In this document: piece by piece, positions 40,247 to 50,295 of the stretch | How the letters are laid out: each line of letters begins with the position of its first letter | Position numbering within the stretch: the first letter of the stretch is position 1 | Notes under the pieces: generated by a model | Told to the model about the DNA's origin: nothing | What the model saw: only the letters and a program-made list of their open reading frames with translations | Database searches by the model: none | Program-made: the position numbers and the translations under genes | Virus record (IMG/VR): IMGVR_UViG_3300012663_000802 | Coordinates: 1-63,942 of that record | DNA: 63,942 nucleotides | From: a virus | Lineage: Duplodnaviria; Caudoviricetes | Reading direction: 5' to 3' (one strand)

Positions 40247-41328
40247 ATTGTCACCTGCTTCTGAGTAAAGACTTTTCCTGTGGCATACGTTTTAACCTTG
40301 CCATCAGCACCAGTCATTTGAATATCATAATAGCATGTCTTTGGTAGATCCTCTGTAGTTGTTGCAGGGAGAGAAATTATCAGACCGTCTAGAACACTGT
40401 TGTTGTTTACAGAGTACTTTGTAATAGTAAAGTCTGCAAGCAGAACTGGACCAACCTGTGCGAAGTCTCCTTGGGTATACAGACGAATCTGTCCCTTAGG
40501 AGTAAAGGTAGTAAGGTCAAACCCAAACTGATACCTCATAGTGAAGTCGTCTCCAGAGTACATTGATATATCTCTTGTAAGCACTTGAGTAGGAGGAGTG
40601 ATGTCCCCGTAGTCCGGCATAGGTAAGGTAACTCTGTCTGGCAAAGACCAATCGTCGATTTCTTGTGGACGATAGATTGGTACGTACTTGTTTGTACGAC
40701 GGCTAATGCGACGTAGGCTTGCAACCTCAATACGATACATACCAACACCCAGCATAGTACAAAGCTCTTTGTATTGATTCTTACGAATCTCTACCATCTC
40801 ATTGACTTGACGGAAACGCTCTGAACGTGGGATAGAAACACCGTCAGGTGAGATAATATCAATATCAAAAGCTGAGTCTGTAGCTAGGGTATAAAGGGCC
40901 ATAGTTGAGGCCAAAAGAACTAGAGGGTACTCATCAATAATTGGAAGCAGAGCTACTTGGCTTACTCGTGAACCGTTAGGATCTGTAGTGTGAGCTGCGT
41001 GTTGAAAAAAAGCTGTGTTGATATAGTATGAGATCTCTGAATCTGTGAAATATCTATATGACTGACCTACTACGCTGATAATAGATGCGTTAGCTGGAAC
41101 CTGGGTAGAAGCAAAGGTAATTACCCCTGTGCCTTCTTCCACGGTTACAAATGAGGACTTGTCCACACCGTTTACTTTTATAACAAGTGTGTACCCTTGA
41201 ACAGGGTAAGTTGTAAGCTGAAAACGTACAGTTGTTCCATCACCAGTAAAGGAGTCAGTAAACGCTCTGGCTGTGTCGCCAATTTCTGCTCTTAGTCTTT
41301 CTGAGAGCTGTTGTACTGAGGCAGTCAT
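40243..41328 (-). CDS. head-tail adaptor with additional Ig-like domains
   Basis: LRAEIGD...FTDSEI adaptor motif interrupted by an FTGDG..F domain; C-terminal GDDF...YYDIQ domain. Confidence 0.65.
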   Translation of the reverse strand: MTASVQQLSERLRAEIGDTARAFTDSFTGDGTTVRFQLTTYPVQGYTLVIKVNGVDKSSFVTVEEGTGVITFASTQVPANASIISVVGQSYRYFTDSEISYYINTAFFQHAAHTTDPNGSRVSQVALLPIIDEYPLVLLASTMALYTLATDSAFDIDIISPDGVSIPRSERFRQVNEMVEIRKNQYKELCTMLGVGMYRIEVASLRRISRRTNKYVPIYRPQEIDDWSLPDRVTLPMPDYGDITPPTQVLTRDISMYSGDDFTMRYQFGFDLTTFTPKGQIRLYTQGDFAQVGPVLLADFTITKYSVNNNSVLDGLIISLPATTTEDLPKTCYYDIQMTGADGKVKTYATGKVFTQKQVTI

Positions 41329-41386
41329 TTATCCTCCATATAGGTAATGTGCTAATCATCTAATAGAATATGAAATTAGTCAGGTT

Positions 41387-41429
41387 AAAAGGCTCAACTC
41401 CGACAGGAGGGCGGTTGTCGGAGTTGAGC
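41387..41429 (-). terminator. intrinsic terminator, 14-bp stem
   Basis: GCTCAACTCCGACA / TGTCGGAGTTGAGC followed by CTTTT on the minus strand. Confidence 0.8.
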
Positions 41430-41455
41430 GGTCTTTAGAGGAAAACTAGGTCCTC

Positions 41456-41824
41456 TTACAATCTATTTGACAAGTAACCTTTTTCTTCAAGGTGGCGAGC
41501 AAGATCTTTAGAAACCTTGTACTTCTTACCAGCTTGGAATGAATAGTAATTACCTGCGCCAAATGCCATCATCTCTAGTGTTTCCGCAACACGGATAACA
41601 ACCTGGTCATCTGCCAGAGAAACCCCTACGCTTTCAACTTCGTCAATGATAGTTGGGTTTCCTGGGTTTTCTGTGAGGTCTGTAACTTCTACCTCATCTT
41701 TATATTCTTGCACTCTTGTTGCCATTGAAATTTCATTTGCCCGCGCAGCTTGCTGCTCAGCCACTGCCTTAAGTTGTTCTTCTCTTTGACGTCCTGTGAC
41801 ATCTGATACTTTTGCTTTTGACAC
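41456..41824 (-). CDS. hypothetical head-associated protein
   Basis: AGGAG Shine-Dalgarno, GTG start, directly after the capsid gene. Confidence 0.7.
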   Translation of the reverse strand: MSKAKVSDVTGRQREEQLKAVAEQQAARANEISMATRVQEYKDEVEVTDLTENPGNPTIIDEVESVGVSLADDQVVIRVAETLEMMAFGAGNYYSFQAGKKYKVSKDLARHLEEKGYLSNRL

Positions 41825-41898
41825 GATTTGTGTTCTCCTTGTAGTTTAGTTTGAAAGTAGCTGGGGGAGCTTGCGCCCCCCCAGGCCACTGTGTTGAA

Positions 41899-42993
41899 TT
41901 AGTTGGTTTCTGCGATAACTACAGACTGATCTGTGATCAGACCTAGACCGTAGATTGCGTACCAAGCAAGTGCGTGCTCACGACCGAAGTCTAGAATACC
42001 GCCATCGCGGAGTTCTACTGGAAGAGAGATTGCGTGACCGAATGCGTTATCTCCAATGAAGATAGCTGAGTAGCGGTCTGCGTTACCGTTACCTGTCTTG
42101 CGAACAGGAGTTGTGTATCCACCACCAGTTGGGTAGACGATTGACTCTGGAGCAACTGCAGTATCAGTGGTGTAGTTAGTACCTGCACCGTTTGTTACCT
42201 TGTCGATCTGAGTTGTTTCGATGAATACTGTGTCGTATAGACGACCAATTTCACCTAGCATGAAGTTACCTGGAGCTGCGTACTTTGTTACTTCAATGAA
42301 CTCTGAGTTGTCACGAAGCTTACGGCTCTGGTGTGGGTGAACGAACGCAACGTAAGTCTCACCAAGGCGAGGAATGTTACGTGTTGCAAGTGTCTCAACT
42401 GCGTCCTTAACAGTACGTGTTGAAAGGTTGAAGTTACCTGTCATTGAAGCACGTGATGTACCGTTTGTACCGTATGCGTAAAGGTTGTTACCAGCAGCGT
42501 TTGAAGATGTTGAGTATAGACCTGAGCGATCTTCACCGTAGATTACAGATGAAGCGGCCATTAGTGTGTCACGAGCCTGACCATCAAGGTATAGGGCCAT
42601 GTTACGTCCTAGAAGACGTGAAGCTGATGCCATAACGTCATCGAATGATGCGTTAAGTAGTAGCTCTGATACAGCAATTGCAAAGCCGTGCTCTGCTACT
42701 GTGATTGAGAACTGCTGTGCTGTTAGTGCGTTTGTTGACATACGGACACCTTCAACTAGTGAAGATGCTGATCCGAGGTTGTTATAACGCATGAAGTTGA
42801 TCTGGAGACCAGGTGCAACTCCTAATTCTGTCTTCTTAACAGCGAACTGCTCGAAGCGTAGAATTGGCATTGACTGGAAAAGGATTTCCTTTGACCAGAT
42901 TGTCTGAATTGCTTGTGTTAGCTGGCTGTTAGAGCCAGAGTATGCTGTAGGTGCTGCGGCTAGATTGCCGGTACCTGTTACGGCTGATGCCAT
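41899..42993 (-). CDS. major capsid protein (N4-gp56-like family)
   Basis: YVAFVHPHQ, GEIGRL, ELRDGGILDFGREHALAWY; follows scaffold; biased codon use. Confidence 0.93.
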   Translation of the reverse strand: MASAVTGTGNLAAAPTAYSGSNSQLTQAIQTIWSKEILFQSMPILRFEQFAVKKTELGVAPGLQINFMRYNNLGSASSLVEGVRMSTNALTAQQFSITVAEHGFAIAVSELLLNASFDDVMASASRLLGRNMALYLDGQARDTLMAASSVIYGEDRSGLYSTSSNAAGNNLYAYGTNGTSRASMTGNFNLSTRTVKDAVETLATRNIPRLGETYVAFVHPHQSRKLRDNSEFIEVTKYAAPGNFMLGEIGRLYDTVFIETTQIDKVTNGAGTNYTTDTAVAPESIVYPTGGGYTTPVRKTGNGNADRYSAIFIGDNAFGHAISLPVELRDGGILDFGREHALAWYAIYGLGLITDQSVVIAETN

Positions 42994-43049
42994 GTCGGTG
43001 TTACTCCTTGTTCATATATGTTTGAGGGGGTGTAATTGCTATTTAGTTT

Positions 43050-43823
43050 TTAACCAAAGATTCCTTTGTCCGTGCCACGTCCCATTCCGAGACGATCACG
43101 AACCTTTGCGTATTCAGTAACCGACATAGCGGCAATTTGTTCCGCTGAGAACTGTTGTTGGTCCGAATTATTTTCCATGGTTGGAGGCAATGTTGGACGA
43201 GTACCTGTCATTTCACGACGTGCACTCTGCATAGCCTGTGATGCTGAATCTAGGATCTTAGAGGATCGGTCTCTAAGTCCAGTAATACTTTGTTCAATCT
43301 CTTCAGGAGTATTTCCTGAGATTAGATCTACAAGCTCAGGGATAATATTATCCTGTTCTTCCTGAACGCGACGTGTACGATACTCTGTAAGAGCTGCATA
43401 CTGACGTTCACGCTCTACTAACGCGAGATTGCGTGCGTTTTCTTTACGTACTTCTTCAAGCTGATCTTGCCACTCTTTTTCTTTGAGTGATAGAAGCTCA
43501 CGTGTATCCATTTCAGACTCGGCCTTCTTACGGGCTTCTTCCTCTGCTTCTTTGCGGAGGCGTTCTGCTTCAGCTAAACGTTCTTCACGATCTTTAGCGA
43601 GAAGATTTACTTCTCCCTTAAGAGATTCAATTGTGTCGTAGAGCTTTCCTTTTTCCTGCTCACGTACACGCTTTAAATCATCTTCTGTGTAGCTCTTCTG
43701 TTCTACGAACTGTGAAGAGGCCACTGCTTCATTTGTTGTAGGAGCTGGGGTTCCTTTAGCTTCCATGTGAAAAGCTTCTTGAGCCACTGCATCAGTTACA
43801 ACTGGAGATGCTTGTTCTGACAT
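43050..43823 (-). CDS. capsid scaffolding protein
   Basis: Glu/Arg coiled coil between portal and capsid; C-terminal AMSVTEYAKVR. Confidence 0.85.
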   Translation of the reverse strand: MSEQASPVVTDAVAQEAFHMEAKGTPAPTTNEAVASSQFVEQKSYTEDDLKRVREQEKGKLYDTIESLKGEVNLLAKDREERLAEAERLRKEAEEEARKKAESEMDTRELLSLKEKEWQDQLEEVRKENARNLALVERERQYAALTEYRTRRVQEEQDNIIPELVDLISGNTPEEIEQSITGLRDRSSKILDSASQAMQSARREMTGTRPTLPPTMENNSDQQQFSAEQIAAMSVTEYAKVRDRLGMGRGTDKGIFG

Positions 43824-43933
43824 AATTGTTCCTTTAGGTTTAAGAGGTCGTTGTCCGAATAAGTGCCACGATGACCTGAGGTTTAGTTTGGTATATAGTC
43901 TGTCAAATATTTATAGTATTTACAGCCTAAAAG

Positions 43934-45655
43934 TTAAGAAGTTGAGCCTTTGAACGGATCTGCTCCACCGGACTCATCACTTGAACGCCACTGCGGAATC
44001 TTAGTTCCGTAGGCATCTGTAACAAGGTCAGTTTGCATCTGCGCCAAAGTTTGTTCTTCAAATGGAGTTACTACTCCTGGTTGTCCAAGAGGTCCTGGAC
44101 CCGTTCCATCGCCTGGAGCAGCCCCTGGAGGAAGTGTACCATCTGGCATCATGCCTGTTAACGATGTAATTGCTGAGTTAATTTGCTGCTTAATTAAAGC
44201 AACAGCTCCATCAGCCTTAGCATCTTGAATAAGCTCTGCACGAATTTCTTCTAGCTTCTCTGTTGGGAATTCCTCACCAAGCTGTCGCAAAGCACCTTCG
44301 CGGCTTTCTAGGTTAAGCTGCATCTTCATCTGAATCTCATTCAAAACAATCAGCTTATCTAGAGGCAAAGGTTGTGGGAAATGGACCATGGTCTTGTATG
44401 TTAGTGGGCTAGCTAAGTCTAACTGAGGCATTTGATTTGGCTTAATTGGCCCGTTAAACTGTGGGTTATAAATAAACATCTCTGGCTCTTTAAATGCAAG
44501 AGTTCTTAACACCAGCTCATTAATACGCTCTAGGCCCTCTCCATACTGAACAAGCTTCTGTTGGTAGCGATTCATCAGAGGTTGGTACTGAATGGCTAGA
44601 GCAACACCAGATGTATTAGAGATAGGTTGTACTTGACCAAGTGCTGTTTCAGGAACACCGATCATCTCATGCATGGCTGTCTTAAGTACCTTTAGGTACT
44701 CCATAGCGCCCTGTAAGCCCTGTCCACCGCCTTCTAGGTTAAATACCTGGGCGTCCTTAGGAAGACCGCCCCAGACCTTCTTAGGGCCCTTCTCAAGGCT
44801 AGATGCTTTAGCTCCTGTAATAACAGTAACTGGCGCAGCGTGGTAGTTAATGATGTCAGCAATATCTGTTGCTGTTTCATTGTAGGCACGGTTTAGCGTA
44901 ATAACGTCGTGGCAATCAGCTAGTCCCCATGGGGATCCAGAGACGCGTACGTTAGGAATATGAATGACTGGAACAACGCCAATTGGATTTGGACGAGAGT
45001 CAATAAGCTCGTCGTTAATGTATTCTTCAATGCGATCATCAGTCAAGATTTCGGTGTAAGTATATACCTGGCGTGTTCCCTCAACAGAAGTACCCCAAAA
45101 GCGATACTTAAGTTTAAAACGAATTAGACGGGAACGATCATGTGGGTGGAATTCTGGGAAGCAGAATGAGGCGTTAAGTGGAAGGATTCTAACTCGTCCA
45201 GGGTGAACCTGACCGATAGAGTCAGCGTATGCTTCTTCGTAAGCTACTTTAACAAATGAGTCACCAGACACTCCGCCTTGCTGACCAATTTCCCAAAGTA
45301 CGCCTTTTTTATCGTTATCGATTTCCCAAACTCTCTTTAGAATATCTGGGATGATCGCCTCAGTTGCTACTGGGCTACGGAATTGAACTCCGCGACTAAA
45401 TGTAAAGTTAATAACAAAATCTGTAAATGCGCGGTAATAGTTATACACCATCTGTGATTCGCCAATTTCACGGCGATAAGACCAGTGATGGCCTAGATAC
45501 ATTGCCCAGTTAAGTGAGTAACGGTTTAAGCGTGGACCGTGTACTTCAAACTCTTCATCAGCTAGTTCTACAAGACCTAGTGGAGAAATTGAGATAGTTA
45601 AATCACTCGACGCCGCTCTATACGACGGAGGACTGAAATCAATACCACCGGCCAT
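43934..45655 (-). CDS. portal protein (SPP1 gp6-like)
   Basis: NPIGVVPVIHIPN, SGVALAIQYQPL; size and position. Confidence 0.9.
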   Translation of the reverse strand: MAGGIDFSPPSYRAASSDLTISISPLGLVELADEEFEVHGPRLNRYSLNWAMYLGHHWSYRREIGESQMVYNYYRAFTDFVINFTFSRGVQFRSPVATEAIIPDILKRVWEIDNDKKGVLWEIGQQGGVSGDSFVKVAYEEAYADSIGQVHPGRVRILPLNASFCFPEFHPHDRSRLIRFKLKYRFWGTSVEGTRQVYTYTEILTDDRIEEYINDELIDSRPNPIGVVPVIHIPNVRVSGSPWGLADCHDVITLNRAYNETATDIADIINYHAAPVTVITGAKASSLEKGPKKVWGGLPKDAQVFNLEGGGQGLQGAMEYLKVLKTAMHEMIGVPETALGQVQPISNTSGVALAIQYQPLMNRYQQKLVQYGEGLERINELVLRTLAFKEPEMFIYNPQFNGPIKPNQMPQLDLASPLTYKTMVHFPQPLPLDKLIVLNEIQMKMQLNLESREGALRQLGEEFPTEKLEEIRAELIQDAKADGAVALIKQQINSAITSLTGMMPDGTLPPGAAPGDGTGPGPLGQPGVVTPFEEQTLAQMQTDLVTDAYGTKIPQWRSSDESGGADPFKGSTS

Positions 45656-45680
45656 TAATTATTTCCTATCATGTTTGCCC

Positions 45681-45953
45681 TCAAACTACGAATCCTTTTT
45701 TCTTCGTCTCACGCTTTTTGCGTGCTACTTTTTCTTTTTGTCGATCTTCTTTTACTTTTTTCCAATCAACATCTTTTGGATCAGCTTCTCTTAAACTTTG
45801 TGGTGCGTTACCGCCAACAAGAGCCCACTGTTGACTAATATATTTATTAGCTTCCGGTGATGTTCCTTTTCCTCTTTTGTTTGAACCCTTTAATGCTTTA
45901 GCTTGATTCACAATTGCTTCGTGTTGCAAAAGATACTTATCAACATTAGCCAT
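45681..45953 (-). CDS. small basic hypothetical protein
   Basis: GGAG Shine-Dalgarno; Lys-rich. Confidence 0.65.
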   Translation of the reverse strand: MANVDKYLLQHEAIVNQAKALKGSNKRGKGTSPEANKYISQQWALVGGNAPQSLREADPKDVDWKKVKEDRQKEKVARKKRETKKKGFVV

Positions 45954-46011
45954 GGTTCTCCCCTATATTATCCCCGGCCTTGCGACCGGGGACAACATTA
46001 GTATACAGTAA

Positions 46012-46419
46012 TTAGTCGTTGACTGAAGCAGGGTTCATGCGACCATAGCGGCCACCTGAGCGCACAACTTCTTCGATAACAATCTGAGAGTGATCACCAA
46101 AGTTACCCTGTGCGAATTCGCCAAGGTATGTTGGTGCTTCTACCCATGAAGCAGAACCAACGTGAGCACGTTGCTTCATTGTTTCTTCTGCGTACTTTTC
46201 CATTACGTTTAGGTTGTGGTTAGGACGACCGTTTGGTGTGTCGTAACCCTGATCTAAACCAACTTGGAAATCATTTGGAACGTCTGTATCTGTTGCGATA
46301 CCTTCTTCGAAACGAAGTGGTCCACGAAGACCAGCTGTTGCTGGGCTGAACTTGCGCTCATAAGATGAGCCTTCACGCTCAGGGAACTGAGGTGTTGGTG
46401 CAATATTTTCCATTGCCAT
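46012..46419 (-). CDS. hypothetical protein between terminase and portal
   Basis: AGGAG Shine-Dalgarno, codon bias like the capsid gene. Confidence 0.75.
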   Translation of the reverse strand: MAMENIAPTPQFPEREGSSYERKFSPATAGLRGPLRFEEGIATDTDVPNDFQVGLDQGYDTPNGRPNHNLNVMEKYAEETMKQRAHVGSASWVEAPTYLGEFAQGNFGDHSQIVIEEVVRSGGRYGRMNPASVND

Positions 46420-46505
46420 TGTTTATTCTCCTATAGGGTTGGGATTGAGGTCCTCAGGCTTAATTCTGTCGCCTGTAGGGCGTTTTGTCACCTTAAATAC
46501 AATAA

Positions 46506-48086
46506 TTAAAAGAAAGGGCTGGCGCTTACTTCAATAGTAGGCATAACCATTTCTTGGGTCAAAGAACAAGCTAAAGCTAAAGAATCCACAAAATCGTCGT
46601 GTGCGTGCGCCTCATCAGGAGCAGCCACTAGAAAGTTAGGGCCTTTGTACTGAACCTCGGCATCAGTCATCTGCTGATAGAACTTCTTCCAAATTCGTAG
46701 GCGCCTTGTCTTAGCATGTGCGGGCCAGGAAACCATTTGACGTTGGATTAGTGCTTGAAGGTGCTTCCATCGTCTAGATTGTTCAGATGGGCTAGAAGTA
46801 ACAGATATAACTTCAGCTCTTGGCATAAGGATCTTTAGTCGCTGTGCAACAGCATCTCCGACACCGTTAGCGTCTACACCAATAGCTAGCACGTCGTAGT
46901 TAGATAAAAATTGTTGAATCTGAAAATACTGCTCTTCCCAGTCATCGCCTTGAATCTCTAACCAGTTTAGAACTCTATGATCGTAATAGCCAAACTCATC
47001 CGGCCTATCCCAGTCAACCCACACAACAGTTACAACTGTTGAGTCCATCTTACGAGCCGGGTCAATTCCTACAACAACAGGCGATCTGAAATGGCTCTTA
47101 ACAAGTTCTTGTGAGGTATCACCAAGGTCATCCATAATTGAGGATGTAATGAACATACCGCGTTCTAGCAACCACTTACAGTTATATGAGAGCTGGAACT
47201 CGTCTGAGTCCTCTCCGATACGTAGCATTTCTTTTCTAATAAACTTCTCGTAGTTAGTTTGCACTTTTGCTACATCTCTCCAGTCCCACTGAAAATGATT
47301 TTGCTTAGCTCGTGCACCCATCTGTCTACGCTTATTTAATTGAATAGCTCGATAAAAGTTGTTCTTGTGTGTAGTAGGTGTGCCTGTTTTAACAATAGTA
47401 GCGTTATAGTACGCACCCATAGGGGCAATAGACTTTGACACTACAAAGTCGTCTGCTTCTTGACACTCATCAATGATAATTAAATGGAAAGACTTAGATT
47501 CAATCTTAGCTCGTGGGTTAGCTGTCATCATCATAAGAGTAGAGCCAGACTTCTTAAGTTTAATATTCTTAGTTACTCCAGGAGTCTTTGTTGGAATATC
47601 GTCTATCTCAGGATCTCCAAAGACCTCCATAGCACGCTCACTAGTAAGTCGTGATACTGTACGCCCGTATAGGGTTTCTACCTGGTTTTGTACGGGGGCA
47701 AACATTCCCACCCAGATACCATCACCAAATTTACCTAGCAAATCTGGGTACATTATAGCTAGACGTGGAAGAATAACCATAAGAGTTGCCACCGTGTTAG
47801 CAATAGTTTCAGACTTACCTGACTGACGAGAAGCAAGAGCTGTAACTTCTTCTCCATCATTAATAATTACTGACTCAATAACACGACGTGCAAGAGGCTT
47901 CTGATAGTTATGAAGCTCATGTCCGACCAACAGCTCCATAAACTGCATAATTTTGTCTACAAGTACTTTTACAAATTCTTTTGATAGTTCGGACAGCTCT
48001 TCTTCAGGCTCGTCTAAACCTATCTCTTCAGCATCAATATCGTCTTCGGCATCAAATTCTTCTAGATCTTCATCTAAATCGCTCAC
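46506..48086 (-). CDS. terL: terminase large subunit
   Basis: ASRQSGKS Walker A, IIIDE Walker B, GTP coupling motif, VGIDPA and HDDFVDS nuclease motifs. Confidence 0.95.
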   Translation of the reverse strand: MSDLDEDLEEFDAEDDIDAEEIGLDEPEEELSELSKEFVKVLVDKIMQFMELLVGHELHNYQKPLARRVIESVIINDGEEVTALASRQSGKSETIANTVATLMVILPRLAIMYPDLLGKFGDGIWVGMFAPVQNQVETLYGRTVSRLTSERAMEVFGDPEIDDIPTKTPGVTKNIKLKKSGSTLMMMTANPRAKIESKSFHLIIIDECQEADDFVVSKSIAPMGAYYNATIVKTGTPTTHKNNFYRAIQLNKRRQMGARAKQNHFQWDWRDVAKVQTNYEKFIRKEMLRIGEDSDEFQLSYNCKWLLERGMFITSSIMDDLGDTSQELVKSHFRSPVVVGIDPARKMDSTVVTVVWVDWDRPDEFGYYDHRVLNWLEIQGDDWEEQYFQIQQFLSNYDVLAIGVDANGVGDAVAQRLKILMPRAEVISVTSSPSEQSRRWKHLQALIQRQMVSWPAHAKTRRLRIWKKFYQQMTDAEVQYKGPNFLVAAPDEAHAHDDFVDSLALACSLTQEMVMPTIEVSASPFF

Positions 48087-48316
48087 TTAACCGCTCTCTT
48101 ACTTAAAGTCTCCAGAATAGCGTGAAGCGCTTCAGCTCCAACACGGGCTTCTTCTAGGGTGTATTCGTTTCCACTCTTAGCCCAAGCCGATAAGTTTCGA
48201 CCTAGTGTGAACATAATTTGATCTGTCCAACCGAGAAGCTCGGAGTTAGATAAACTACTTACTCTTCGTTCAATTTTTGTTAGCTCACGAACTTTTTTAC
48301 TTTTAAAGATCTTCAT
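48083..48316 (-). CDS. hypothetical helical protein
   Basis: Coupled to terL. Confidence 0.65.
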   Translation of the reverse strand: MKIFKSKKVRELTKIERRVSSLSNSELLGWTDQIMFTLGRNLSAWAKSGNEYTLEEARVGAEALHAILETLSKRAVK

Positions 48317-48596
48317 ATTCTGCCCCGTATCTTACTGTATCCCAATCAAACGAGTTCTCTTCTATAGCTCGTCCATTGATAGCTCTTGTTAAAGCCATGC
48401 TTTCACTAAAAGTGGCTGTCCACTTTCCTACAACAATTGATAGTCTTGTAAATGGAAGTCGTATTGCCCAACCATGTCCGCCTCTATATTTTCCGTCTAT
48501 TTCTTGAGTCTCTGCTTTATCGAGTATAACAGGTGGTTTTACTGGATACACCATAGTATGCCAATAAAAGTTACCTACATCATGAGTTTTCGCCAT
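48303..48596 (-). CDS. hypothetical protein
   Basis: Operon context. Confidence 0.6.
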   Translation of the reverse strand: MAKTHDVGNFYWHTMVYPVKPPVILDKAETQEIDGKYRGGHGWAIRLPFTRLSIVVGKWTATFSESMALTRAINGRAIEENSFDWDTVRYGAEYEDL

Positions 48597-48852
48597 TAAC
48601 AATACCCTCGCATATGTGGTCCGCCGTTTTGTGCTCAAACATAATCTCAGTACATATTTTACACCTAAATTGACGAGGCTCTACAAAATTATTCTGAGCG
48701 GTGGCACCTACAGGAGTGTCCTGATCTAAAGGTATGTAATCAACGATTATTTCAGTAGGCATGTAAATCTCCGCTGGAAACGGACCTTTTGCATATCCAG
48801 CAGTTTTTGGTACTGGATGTCCTTGCTTTGTTATTACCCTCTCAATGCGCAT
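48580..48852 (-). CDS. C2HC zinc-finger-like protein
   Basis: CKIC...HIC. Confidence 0.6.
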   Translation of the reverse strand: MRIERVITKQGHPVPKTAGYAKGPFPAEIYMPTEIIVDYIPLDQDTPVGATAQNNFVEPRQFRCKICTEIMFEHKTADHICEGIVNGENS

Positions 48853-49178
48853 TAAAGCCACTCAGCCGTTTCAGCAATTGCGGCTTCTAGCCCAGGATTT
48901 GCCTCTTTACTTTGTTCAGCTAATTTTGCTGCTTTAGCTAAATCTTCTTCTCCCAGAGTGATGTTCTTAGTACGGTGCTTTTTAGGCAGCGCCTTGTGCT
49001 TCATCTCTTCATCATCAGTGTCGTGAAGATGATTTAAAGGAATCTCCGTAATATGAGCAGGTAAGTTAGCTTTATTAAAGAAAGAAGGGAGATCTTTATC
49101 ACAGTACACCTGAGGCATTGCGCCAGGATTCTCTACTAAATATCCGCCATCTCGCTCACAGTTTACACATTTTGCCAT
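48852..49178 (-). CDS. hypothetical protein
   Basis: AAGGAG Shine-Dalgarno; CVNC...YC. Confidence 0.6.
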   Translation of the reverse strand: MAKCVNCERDGGYLVENPGAMPQVYCDKDLPSFFNKANLPAHITEIPLNHLHDTDDEEMKHKALPKKHRTKNITLGEEDLAKAAKLAEQSKEANPGLEAAIAETAEWL

Positions 49179-49218
49179 TTTTAGCTCCTTTATGCATATT
49201 TTAATAAGATAAGTACAC

Positions 49219-49227
49219 ATCATACCA
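49219..49227 (-). promoter_or_regulatory. extended -10 promoter for the terminase operon
   Basis: TGGTATGAT on the minus strand. Confidence 0.5.
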
Positions 49228-49236
49228 GACTCTATG

Positions 49237-49266
49237 TTGCTAGGTGCCTGTATTTACTGGTAGAAT
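49237..49266 (+). promoter_or_regulatory. sigma70/SigA-type promoter
   Basis: TTGCTA-18 nt-TAGAAT with TGn extension. Confidence 0.65.
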
Positions 49267-49271
49267 ATTGA

Positions 49272-49407
49272 ATAGGGGAGTAAAACCCCCAACACTAACT
49301 ACGTAACAAAAGGGTTGCAACTAGCTTGGCAGACAGACGCTGAGCTATTTTTTATCTAGTGACAGTAGATAAGAGATTCGGGTTGGCCTTCTAGCCTAGG
49401 AGATAGT
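49272..49407 (+). promoter_or_regulatory. structured 5' leader (candidate cis-regulatory RNA)
   Basis: Four hairpins; two tandem stems with GACAG-containing loops; last stem abuts the AGGAG Shine-Dalgarno. Confidence 0.5.
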
Positions 49408-49959
49408 GTGATTATTAATGAAGAGATCCTTTTAAAAGCAAAAGCAATCTTGATGGCGGTTATGTTAAGCATAGTTACCACAAATGAAGCCTATGCGGTA
49501 TATAATCGGGCTGATACGCCCACTGTGATCACTACCCCAGTGGAGGTAGTTGATCCTCTAGATAAGTATCGGGAAATGACTAAGTTTAGTCCTACGGACC
49601 TTGCAGACATGCTTGAACTAGTTGGCTTCGAGGGATATTCCCTAAAGCTAGCTTGGGCAGTAGTTATGCGAGAATCCAGAGGAAACGCAGGTTCCCACAA
49701 TAAAACGTCCTCAACCGGAGACAACTCCTATGGGCTATTCCAGATTAATATGCTGGGAAGCCTTGGGGAAGACCGAAGAGAAAAATTTGGTATTAAATCT
49801 AATGCTGAACTCTTAGACCCAGTAACCAACGCCCAAGCCGCTTTCTACATGACTAGTCGTGGAGAAAACTTTGGGTCCTGGGGATTAGGTCCAGACGCAT
49901 ACGATGGAACAGCTTCTGAAACAGCGGTAACGGTGTGGCTAAAAGACTTTCCTAAGTAA
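49408..49959 (+). CDS. lytic transglycosylase (lysozyme-like) with signal-peptide-like N-terminus
   Basis: AVVMRESRG...SYGLFQINM...DPVTNAQAA; hydrophobic N-terminus ending AYA. Confidence 0.85.
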   Translation: MIINEEILLKAKAILMAVMLSIVTTNEAYAVYNRADTPTVITTPVEVVDPLDKYREMTKFSPTDLADMLELVGFEGYSLKLAWAVVMRESRGNAGSHNKTSSTGDNSYGLFQINMLGSLGEDRREKFGIKSNAELLDPVTNAQAAFYMTSRGENFGSWGLGPDAYDGTASETAVTVWLKDFPK

Positions 49960-49962
49960 ATA

Positions 49963-49992
49963 GAAAAGGCCCCGTAACTGGGGCCTTTTTTA
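49963..49992. terminator. bidirectional terminator
   Basis: AAAAGGCCC-gtaactg-GGGCCTTTT between convergent genes. Confidence 0.85.
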
Positions 49993-50295
49993 TTACTTCT
50001 TATAAGTTGCTTTAATGGAACCGTCTTCGTTTACGCTAACTTCAGCGTTCTTTAACATATTAAGAGTTAGATGATCACTTCCTGCCCTACATTGTGGGCA
50101 ATCACCATGTCCTAGATCTCTAGGAACATTCTTACCTTCTTTGTGATCAAACTCTAAAAACTCGTGCTCCCTATTTGCCCCATACTTACCGGTTACTACG
50201 TCACATCTAAGGCAATCTTCGTGGCCCATATCAGTTTCAAAACGGTTTCCATTTTTAAAAGCATCTATATGTTCTAGTTCATTCTTATCGAACAT
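49993..50295 (-). CDS. hypothetical protein with duplicated D(M/L)GHxDCxxC motif
   Basis: DMGHEDCLRC and DLGHGDCPQC. Confidence 0.65.
   Translation of the reverse strand: MFDKNELEHIDAFKNGNRFETDMGHEDCLRCDVVTGKYGANREHEFLEFDHKEGKNVPRDLGHGDCPQCRAGSDHLTLNMLKNAEVSVNEDGSIKATYKK

Noticed and set aside
49272-49407. c-di-AMP (ydaO) or guanidine-II riboswitch
   Set aside because: Lacks the ydaO conserved segments and the ACGR loops
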